From IMG/VR virus record IMGVR_UViG_3300045988_168552: DNA of 64,000 nt, one strand, 5' to 3'. Source of the DNA: a virus. The first letter of the stretch is position 1. Every line of letters begins with the position of its first letter. Positions 16,336 through 22,654 of this stretch are shown here, one piece after another. The position numbers were made by a program, and so were the translations under genes. Under the pieces are notes generated by a model. That model was not told the origin of the DNA. It worked only from the letters and a program-made list of their open reading frames with translations, and searched no databases.

Positions 16336-17619
16336 ATGGGCGCAAATGAAAACAAGCGAATAAATGAAAACCAGGTTACTTTCCGTGATTTGGAAAAGCA
16401 GCCGACAGAGCAGCAGCTTTGTAATTTGCGGTGGATCAAGACTCCGTGCTCTTACGCTTCACTGGGCAGCACTTTTTCGCTTTTGCAGCAGGATATTATG
16501 CTCCAGGTAAGTGTAAAGCTACAGGAGTACATCAATCAGTACTACGACCAGATGCGCTATAAGGAGAAGACTTATCCTAAGTCTCCATTCCTATCTGAGG
16601 CGCAGAAGAGGGAAGCCCTTCATATTCGCATCGATATGTCCGAGCTCGTAGATAATCATAGCAACTACAAGGAGATGTTTCAGGAGTATGCCGATGGTAA
16701 GGTGCCTATCGTGGAAGAGATAGGCGCTCTGAGGGTGTTCGTGAAGAAAGATAAGCTATCAGACTTCTACCCTGTATTCGACCGCATATCGCTGCCTAAG
16801 AAAACGTGGGTAAGCAAGGATGGCACCATCAGAGATGTTTATTCGGGTGTTGTTGAACTCTACATCAATCATTTTGTGGCTGATTACGCTTTCGACCTGA
16901 GCAAGGGATATGTGCCGCACATGGCGCGTGTAGCGAAGACCAGCAAGCGAAGAGTTACACCGAGGGTTTACCTTTGGCTGATGGAAAACAAGGACCGCCC
17001 ACGCAAAAGGGGGCAGGGCAATCCCTTATCGATTACGGTAGAGAAGCTGAAGGATTTCCTGGGCTGCTATGAGATAGACCCGGAAACGAAGGAAAAGGTT
17101 TATCAGTATGCCAAGTATTCAAAGTTCAAGAAGGATGTTCTGGATAAGGCAAAAGCTGACCTGGTGGCGCAGGCAAAGAAAAACGATATAGATATTACTT
17201 TTGATTATACGGAACATTATCCGGAAGGCAGAAAGCGAGGCAATCCCGATTATATCACCTTTGAGGTGTTCTATACGCCGCTCGGCAAACTCCATAAAGC
17301 AGGAAAGTATTCTGAGGGTGAGCTATTCGATGCGAAGGCATTCGATGTAGCGAAGAGCGTGCAGCCTGCTTCTTCCAAGATAGAGACGAAGGTAGGCGAG
17401 GGCAGCGACAAGTGGAAGGCATTCTGCAAGCTCTTTATAGGCGATGCTGAGAAATCACTGATTTCCCGCATTTCCTTCGTCGGCATGAAGAACGGAAGGT
17501 TTTGTGTGGAGTGCAGCGATGATGATTTCGATATGATCAGAAATCTTGGTATTGAAGACAAGGCAAAGGAGTTCTTCGATTGCAAAGGGTCTTTCGCTCC
17601 GGTGTTCTACCGCGGATAA
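16336..17619 (+). CDS. Putative iteron-binding replication initiator (Rep)
   Basis: 427-aa ORF 127 nt downstream of the iteron field. The call is mainly positional. The N-terminal region is loosely Rep_3-like. Confidence 0.55.
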   Translation: MGANENKRINENQVTFRDLEKQPTEQQLCNLRWIKTPCSYASLGSTFSLLQQDIMLQVSVKLQEYINQYYDQMRYKEKTYPKSPFLSEAQKREALHIRIDMSELVDNHSNYKEMFQEYADGKVPIVEEIGALRVFVKKDKLSDFYPVFDRISLPKKTWVSKDGTIRDVYSGVVELYINHFVADYAFDLSKGYVPHMARVAKTSKRRVTPRVYLWLMENKDRPRKRGQGNPLSITVEKLKDFLGCYEIDPETKEKVYQYAKYSKFKKDVLDKAKADLVAQAKKNDIDITFDYTEHYPEGRKRGNPDYITFEVFYTPLGKLHKAGKYSEGELFDAKAFDVAKSVQPASSKIETKVGEGSDKWKAFCKLFIGDAEKSLISRISFVGMKNGRFCVECSDDDFDMIRNLGIEDKAKEFFDCKGSFAPVFYRG

Positions 17620-17625
17620 AAGTAA

Positions 17626-17665
17626 AAAGGTAAAAAGGTTAAATCTCCTTTTTACCTTTTTTTTG
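17626..17665 (+). terminator. Rho-independent terminator (13-bp perfect stem plus T-run)
   Basis: AAAGGTAAAAAGG-ttaaatct-CCTTTTTACCTTT followed by TTTTTT, immediately after the rep stop. Confidence 0.8.
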
Positions 17666-17698
17666 TCCCACCTGTTTCCCCTTCTTTTCGTACCTTTG
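17662..17698 (+). promoter_or_regulatory. Bacteroidota-type promoter (-7 TACCTTTG 17691-17698, TTTG 17662-17665)
   Basis: -7 consensus lies 30 nt upstream of the ATG at 17728. The -33 spacing is 25 nt, longer than typical. Confidence 0.5.
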
Positions 17699-17727
17699 CA
17701 CCAGAAACATTAAATAAATGAAGACGT

Positions 17728-18357
17728 ATGAAAAGGAAAGAGATTATTCATCTACTCTTGATTGCAGTAGCGATGATGATGCTAGCGGCTTGCACTACTT
17801 CTCGACGGGTGGTTAGCGATAACCACCAGGAAACGAAAGATAGCGTGAGGACCGAGCAGACGGATAGCGTGCATAAGCAGGTAGCGGCAAGTGATAGTGC
17901 AGCCAGGAAGCTCATCGAGGATAAGCAGACCACTGTCACCTCCTCGGAATCGGGCGAGTATGAAGAAACCGTCCAGGAACATATCACCGAGACTACCGAT
18001 TCTTCCGGCAACAGGCAGAAGACTACCCAGCGCACCACCCATCGCAAAGGCAGCCACAGCAACCAGTCATCCTACGATGAACGTTTGCAGCTTCAGCAGC
18101 AGGAAATCAATCAGATGCAGAAAATCATCGACAGCCTATCCGTCCGCACCCGCAGCAACGTGAGTACTCACTGGGAAGCTACCGACAGCCTATCCGACAC
18201 CAAGGATAAGAACACCAGGGAGACGAGAAAGGCAACCTGGCAGGAAACGGCAAGAAAGAACGCCCTAGGGTTATTCCTGGCGCTCATCGCCATTCTGTTA
18301 TTCACTACCATCAATAAGTACACCGACCATGGGCAAGGGAAGAAAGAACAGAAATGA
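17728..18357 (+). CDS. Lipoprotein with C-terminal membrane anchor (possible moron or exclusion factor)
   Basis: Signal peptide with lipobox LLIAVAMMMLAA-C, S/T/Q-rich body, and C-terminal hydrophobic helix LGLFLALIAILLFTTI. Confidence 0.65.
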   Translation: MKRKEIIHLLLIAVAMMMLAACTTSRRVVSDNHQETKDSVRTEQTDSVHKQVAASDSAARKLIEDKQTTVTSSESGEYEETVQEHITETTDSSGNRQKTTQRTTHRKGSHSNQSSYDERLQLQQQEINQMQKIIDSLSVRTRSNVSTHWEATDSLSDTKDKNTRETRKATWQETARKNALGLFLALIAILLFTTINKYTDHGQGKKEQK

Positions 18358-18640
18358 TTACGACCTCGTAGATAATGAGGAGCAGGCAGAAGTTACGCTG
18401 CAGGATTTTGTCATTCCGGCAAAGATAGAAGCCTTCTGCAATCAGTATGAACCGCAGGATCATTGGACGGAAGGTTGCGATACCTACACCGATTACCAAC
18501 TGCGAAGTTACTTCAAAGCAGTAGTCTGTCCGCTTGGCGACCCGTTGAGCCTATATCTCCTGGAGTTAGGTTATCGTGGCTTCAAAATGCGGAACGATGA
18601 AAGCGGGGAGCCAGTCATCTATTGCAAGGCGAAGATTTAA
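18329..18640 (+). CDS. Hypothetical protein
   Basis: 103-aa ORF overlapping the preceding gene by 29 nt. Confidence 0.5.
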   Translation: MGKGRKNRNDYDLVDNEEQAEVTLQDFVIPAKIEAFCNQYEPQDHWTEGCDTYTDYQLRSYFKAVVCPLGDPLSLYLLELGYRGFKMRNDESGEPVIYCKAKI

Positions 18641-18654
18641 AAAGCCTTATGGCT

Positions 18655-18734
18655 GCGGATTTCAAATCCGCAAGGAAATATGTCGAGCCTTTTTAGACGG
18701 CGGATTTCAAATCCGCCGGAACGCCTAGCGGGCT
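18655..18734 (+). repeat. Second dispersed repeat family: two GCGGATTTCAAATCCGC hairpins (18655-18671, 18700-18716), the second followed by CGGAACGCCTAGCGGGC
   Basis: Matches 58785-58815. The 3' half also matches 48061-48085 in inverted orientation. Confidence 0.8.
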
Positions 18735-18744
18735 CCCCCCCCCC
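18735..18744. repeat. C10 homopolymer
   Basis: Ten consecutive C read directly. Confidence 0.9.
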
Positions 18745-18757
18745 ACCTAGCAGAAAA

Positions 18758-18803
18758 CACAATATTTCGCCGAAAATATACGCAATATTTCTCGAAAATT
18801 ATA
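18758..18803 (+). promoter_or_regulatory. Two tandem 23-nt operator-like repeats (CACAATATTTCGCCGAAAATATA / CGCAATATTTCTCGAAAATTATA)
   Basis: Direct repeats, each nearly palindromic (ATATTT-CGCCG-AAAATAT), 36 nt upstream of the ATG at 18839. Confidence 0.5.
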
Positions 18804-18838
18804 CAATAGATTTCTAATTATTTAAAATACAAGGATTT

Positions 18839-19399
18839 ATGGGTAAAGATAACAGACCTCACAACTATCTGAAGATAGCAGAGGTGAGTGAAACAGGCAA
18901 GAAGCTGAAAGCATTTCTTGCCGAGTGCAGTGAAGCAAGCGAGAAGGCAAGAGCCTGGGCAGAGAAGCAGGGAGCCAATACCTACTACGAGTCACCCGAA
19001 GGCTTTGCCGGAGGTGTAGTGATGGTAGAGTTCAAGAATACCATCCACAAGGAGGGATGGAAGAACGTGCAGATGCCTACCAAGGACGGATGGCAGAGTA
19101 CTTCACTCTTCGTTCCCGAGGAGAACAGTGACCTGGAGAAGGAAATGATGGCACTTCCTATTGTAAATGAAGCGGCACTCATCTCCATCCTGCAGTTCAA
19201 ACCAAAGATGGCAAAGGGCAAGGATGGAAAGGAAGCGCAGCTTCCGTTCACCTTCGGCACCACAACGCCACCGCTCTTCCTGCATCACGGCTTCTTCTAC
19301 ACCGATGTGCCCTATGAGAGCACGAGTACCGATTGCCAGGTAATCGAGGAGAAGGAGTTCCTTCGCCGCAAAATGGCAGCAACCAATGAGCAAAAGTAG
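18839..19399 (+). CDS. Hypothetical protein
   Basis: 186-aa ORF. Confidence 0.6.
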   Translation: MGKDNRPHNYLKIAEVSETGKKLKAFLAECSEASEKARAWAEKQGANTYYESPEGFAGGVVMVEFKNTIHKEGWKNVQMPTKDGWQSTSLFVPEENSDLEKEMMALPIVNEAALISILQFKPKMAKGKDGKEAQLPFTFGTTTPPLFLHHGFFYTDVPYESTSTDCQVIEEKEFLRRKMAATNEQK

Positions 19400-19418
19400 T
19401 ATTTCATATATAATTAAG

Positions 19419-19452
19419 GTTTTTATTTAAGTTTTTATTTAGTTTTTATTTA
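19419..19452. repeat. GTTTTTATTTA x3 tandem
   Basis: Copies at 19419, 19431 and 19442. Confidence 0.8.
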
Positions 19453-19496
19453 GGTTAACTAGTTTTTTCAAAAAGTTTAAAAGGTTATACTTTGTT

Positions 19497-19535
19497 GCAG
19501 CCAGCCGTCCGTGATGGATAGCTGGCTGCTTTTTT
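19497..19535. terminator. Terminator hairpin GCAGCCAGC...GCTGGCTGC plus T6 between convergent genes
   Basis: 9-bp perfect stem with T-run 19530-19535. Lies between the plus gene ending at 19399 and the minus gene ending at 19543. Confidence 0.75.
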
Positions 19536-19542
19536 CTTCAAA

Positions 19543-20238
19543 TCACTCACCTTCCCGATGATGAACGTCTTCCGCCACCATCCTAAATCCCCCTTGCTGG
19601 GCATTCAGTCGATGAGTCAGCTCATTGATAAGCTTCTGCTGATCGCCTATCTGCTTCTGCTGTTCGGCGATAATATCGAGCATGCGGTTAAGGGTAGCCA
19701 TACTGATGTCCGGATCAGCATTTGGAACTGGCTCCGCAATCGGAGTAGGGGCAGTCTCATTCATAGGCGCAGGGGCAGCCTCTCTTTTGTACTCTCCCTT
19801 TTGCTTGTGCCCCTTTGCGCCCCCGTTCCCAGCGATTCCATCGCTGGTCCACCCCGGTACCACCGATTTCACTCTCTCCACATCGAGCGGATTGCGCAGC
19901 GCACGCGTACCCAGTTTGCGCTTCTCATCATTATCTATATATCCGCCATCCGGTTCAAACTGGTCATCTATGCCAGGGCATACATACCCCTCTTCGCAGC
20001 AGCCTCCCTTCTCCTGAAGGTCCTTATCCGCATCTACAATAAAAGCCGAGAGCGGAACGTGGAACGCATTGCAGAAGCGCAGCAGGGCGATGGTAGGCAG
20101 TGGCGACTTCTTTCTTATCCAGCTATCCAGGCACGCATTACTCGTGGTACCCATAGCCTTCATAATTTGCTTATTGGTGATTTTTCTGTTTGCTTCCATC
20201 CACTTGTCGAGGAAGCTGTAGTTATAAAAGTACTTCAT
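19543..20238 (-). CDS. HTH (Cro/CI-like) transcriptional regulator, repressor candidate
   Basis: The N-terminus ITNKQIMKAMGTTSNACLDSWIRKKSPLPTIALLRFCNAFHVPLSAF fits an XRE-type helix-turn-helix. Gly/acidic linker and C-terminal coiled coil (LDIIAEQQKQIGDQQKLINELTHRL). Transcribed divergently from the neighbouring genes. Confidence 0.65.
   Translation of the reverse strand: MKYFYNYSFLDKWMEANRKITNKQIMKAMGTTSNACLDSWIRKKSPLPTIALLRFCNAFHVPLSAFIVDADKDLQEKGGCCEEGYVCPGIDDQFEPDGGYIDNDEKRKLGTRALRNPLDVERVKSVVPGWTSDGIAGNGGAKGHKQKGEYKREAAPAPMNETAPTPIAEPVPNADPDISMATLNRMLDIIAEQQKQIGDQQKLINELTHRLNAQQGGFRMVAEDVHHREGE
19819..19850 (+). repeat. Dispersed hairpin element, copy 2 (antisense inside the HTH gene linker, read there as DGIAGNGGA)
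   Basis: GCCCCCGTTCCCAGCGATTCCATCGCTGGTCC. Confidence 0.9.
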
Positions 20239-20351
20239 ATCTCAAGTATATTTAAAAGGTGAATAAACTCTAATCTGCTCATCTAAAAATCAATCAATAT
20301 ACCTTACCTATGTTAAATTCCCCTAATTTCTGAAAGAAAATATAGGTAACA

Positions 20352-20384
20352 TTTGGTAGTTATGGTTTTATTTCCTAAATTTGC
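20352..20384 (+). promoter_or_regulatory. Rightward Bacteroidota-type promoter (-33 TTTG 20352-20355, -7 TAAATTTG 20377-20384)
   Basis: Consensus match with 21-nt spacing, 26 nt upstream of the ATG at 20410. Confidence 0.6.
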
Positions 20385-20386
20385 AC

Positions 20387-20417
20387 CAAAATTAAGAAAT
20401 AAAATTGAGATGACAAA
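20387..20417 (-). promoter_or_regulatory. Leftward Bacteroidota-type promoter (-7 TAATTTTG = CAAAATTA 20387-20394, -33 = CAAA 20414-20417)
   Basis: Reverse-complement consensus with 19-nt spacing. It is back to back with the rightward -7 box, forming the near-palindrome TAAATTTG-CAC-CAAAATTA. Confidence 0.55.
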
Positions 20418-20901
20418 GGAAATTATAGAAAAAGTTACGCAGAATAATACTCCGTTAGAGGTAAATGATATTTCTGCTGACGAAAAGAAGAACTTAGCTG
20501 AGTTTTTATCAGCCAAAGGCTTCACGATTTCGACTTTTTACCTTCGTTTCTTCCAGAAGGGTTTCGATGCTTGGGAAATCCTAGGCATCAAGAACTGCAA
20601 AAAGCAGTTCTTAGCTATACCGGAAGTAGCTAACCTATTATCCGAGTATGTGGAGACCGATGCCCTGGGTAACGAGATTGGAAAGAAAGGTTATCTGACA
20701 GAGGCTGCCAAGAGCGAGGAGCCAGGTGTATTCTACACCTGTCTGAAAAAAGCCAGCAGCGGTCTCTGCATGAAGTTCTTTGCCTTCATGGAGGAACGCG
20801 GTATGAGCCGCACCACCATCATCAAGCGGTTTACCGCCGATGATTGGAAACCGTGGGAGCAGGAAGGCATCAGGGCGCTCTTGCAGACAAGAGTAGCCTA
20901 A
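20410..20901 (+). CDS. Hypothetical protein, first rightward gene of the switch
   Basis: Start set at the ATG at 20410 (MTKEIIEK), downstream of the promoter, instead of the track start at 20353. Confidence 0.55.
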   Translation: MTKEIIEKVTQNNTPLEVNDISADEKKNLAEFLSAKGFTISTFYLRFFQKGFDAWEILGIKNCKKQFLAIPEVANLLSEYVETDALGNEIGKKGYLTEAAKSEEPGVFYTCLKKASSGLCMKFFAFMEERGMSRTTIIKRFTADDWKPWEQEGIRALLQTRVA

Positions 20902-20918
20902 GCTGTCATATCCCCCTC

Positions 20919-20949
20919 GCTCCCGTTCCCAGCGATTCCATCGCTGGTC
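20919..20949 (+). repeat. Dispersed hairpin element, copy 3 (intergenic, 26 nt before the ATG at 20975)
   Basis: GCTCCCGTTCCCAGCGATTCCATCGCTGGTC. Confidence 0.9.
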
Positions 20950-20974
20950 TTTAATGAAACATTCATAACTACAA

Positions 20975-21652
20975 ATGATAGATGTAACTGTTGATTTTGA
21001 AACCTGTTCGCTTTCTCCCACCGCAGCCGTTATGAGTATCGGCGCAGTGGCATGGAAGCGCTACGGTAAAGAGAGTCCCTTCTTTGATGAAGGTGACGGC
21101 GTTTTGAGAAATTCCACATTCTCTGCCCACGTTGACCTGCGAAGCATGTTCCTGAATGGGTTCGCCTTTGATCAATCGACGGCAGACTGGTGGGCAAAGC
21201 AGAGTGACGAGGCAAAAGCTGCCTTGCTCGATAGCGACAGCGACGAGTCACCTTGCCAGCCTATTGATGTGGTAGTGACGTGGTTCTTCGAGTGGATACA
21301 AGATGTGAAGAAGAAACTCGGTGATGAAGACCTTTGCCTTTGGGCGCAGGGTACCGACTTTGACCCAGCTATCCTGAGATATATCTGTTACAAGCTGGGC
21401 ATCAAGTTCCAGATTAAGCATACCCAACTGAGAGATCATCGAACGTTCTATCTTGAACTTGCGAGAATCATCTGGGATGCAGCCGAGCCAAACGAGGAAC
21501 GTTTCGACCTAGACAAGGCTTACGCCCTGACTACGGACTACAAGGACATCGCCGATGACGAGGGTGCGGCACACGCCCCGCTCTTCGACTGCAAGCGAAG
21601 TATCTACAGTACCTGGCAGATGATGAAGAAGATAAGAGAAGCCTATGCCTAG
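20975..21652 (+). CDS. DEDDh-type 3'-5' exonuclease (DnaQ-like / Rv2179c-like)
   Basis: Exo I VDFETCS, Exo II GTDFDPAIL, Exo III HAPLFDC. Confidence 0.75.
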   Translation: MIDVTVDFETCSLSPTAAVMSIGAVAWKRYGKESPFFDEGDGVLRNSTFSAHVDLRSMFLNGFAFDQSTADWWAKQSDEAKAALLDSDSDESPCQPIDVVVTWFFEWIQDVKKKLGDEDLCLWAQGTDFDPAILRYICYKLGIKFQIKHTQLRDHRTFYLELARIIWDAAEPNEERFDLDKAYALTTDYKDIADDEGAAHAPLFDCKRSIYSTWQMMKKIREAYA

Positions 21653-22061
21653 GCTATTCGATTTGCCCTATATCCCTAACCGGACGGGCATACAGCAGAG
21701 GCACAGGAATCTATCCCGATATAAGATGCTCCATCGCTTCGCCTATACCGAGACGATGAGCGGACTGAGGGATGACATTCCAACTCTTCTCTTCTATGCT
21801 CCCTTCGCCCTATTGAAAGATACCTGCGAGTATCTTTGCAGGATGATGACGGGCAGTGTGGAAGATATGATTATCACGCCTTCGCATAGTTGCCGTCGAA
21901 AGAACGGCAAGATATATTGGAGGCAGGAGGTGCAGATCATCGGTCTTGATACCGATTTCCTCACGATGGAAAGTCTCTCGCAGATGATCGTACATCGTAT
22001 CGAAACCATCTGCAACTGCAAGATAAGGCATTACCGCCTGGAAACATTCTTGAATTTATAA
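21645..22061 (+). CDS. Hypothetical protein (uncertain)
   Basis: 138-aa ORF overlapping the exonuclease stop by 8 nt. No motif. Competing antisense ORFs exist. Confidence 0.35.
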   Translation: MPRLFDLPYIPNRTGIQQRHRNLSRYKMLHRFAYTETMSGLRDDIPTLLFYAPFALLKDTCEYLCRMMTGSVEDMIITPSHSCRRKNGKIYWRQEVQIIGLDTDFLTMESLSQMIVHRIETICNCKIRHYRLETFLNL

Positions 22062-22560
22062 AAACGTGAAGATATGAAGAAATAAAAGATATTCTGCATG
22101 ACATCATGCAAACTTCGGTACGATACACTCGATCCGACTTTATTTTATTAGACAACCGAGCCATCGGTTAAATGGCAGGAAGAACTGGACGGGTAATGAG
22201 TGAACGCTGCAAAGCTTCACTGATAAGTTGATACCCTCCACCGTAACCTCGGAACGATAAGTGAAAAGTCTGATTAAAAAGCTTGGGAAATACTTATCGA
22301 TGCGGTAAAAAGGCATCCTCGAAATTTGGCGGCATTACCCCGAAGGTTCTTCTTTCTTTGAAACATTGATATAAAGAGAATAGGGGAGGCATTCTGGAAA
22401 CGCTCTTATGCAAGGGTAGTGGGAGTCAGTAATGCCCTACGACTACGTATGCTGCATCTTTGCCGCGGGCGAGTACCACAGATTTTCAAATGCTCCGACC
22501 GCTCGCTTTGGAATATAACCTGGCAAGGTGTAAACACTTGAAGTTTGGCCTACCCTTTGC
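22062..22560 (+). other. ORF-poor, hairpin-rich spacer upstream of the primase (structured RNA or lytic-origin candidate)
   Basis: No plus-strand ORF of 60 aa or more. Perfect short inverted repeats at 22096-22109 (GCATGA/TCATGC) and 22154-22169 (AACCGA/TCGGTT). Long-range complement GGCATTAC 22331-22338 / GTAATGCC 22429-22436. Confidence 0.35.
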
Positions 22561-22590
22561 GCCTCCGTTCCCAGCGATTCTATCGCTGGT
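22561..22590 (+). repeat. Dispersed hairpin element, copy 4 (65 nt before the primase ATG)
   Basis: GCCTCCGTTCCCAGCGATTCTATCGCTGGT. Shares the extended 5' flank CCCTTTGCGCC with copy 2. Confidence 0.9.
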
Positions 22591-22654
22591 TAATAGCCGA
22601 AGAGTGGTGCCTTCCCTGTCTCTTTTAACTCTATAAATACTCTTACTGTAAGAT

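Noticed and set aside
18655-18716. tRNA-like anticodon arm (stem GCGGA/TCCGC with 7-nt loop TTTCAAA, i.e. a UCA anticodon), also at 58785
   Set aside because: No D-arm, T-arm (GTTCRANY) or acceptor stem can be drawn around any copy. I treat it as a repeat hairpin, not a suppressor tRNA.
19558-20262. Plus-strand ORF 19558..20262 (234 aa), mirror of the HTH gene
   Set aside because: The minus-strand frame has a recognisable HTH and coiled coil, and a promoter facing it. The plus frame has Leu/Arg/Ser-rich shadow-ORF composition.
22062-22560. Group I/II intron or retron msr-msd in the spacer before the primase
   Set aside because: There are no split flanking exons, no reverse transcriptase or homing endonuclease, and I could not identify conserved core elements by eye. 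It is kept only as an unspecified structured-region candidate.
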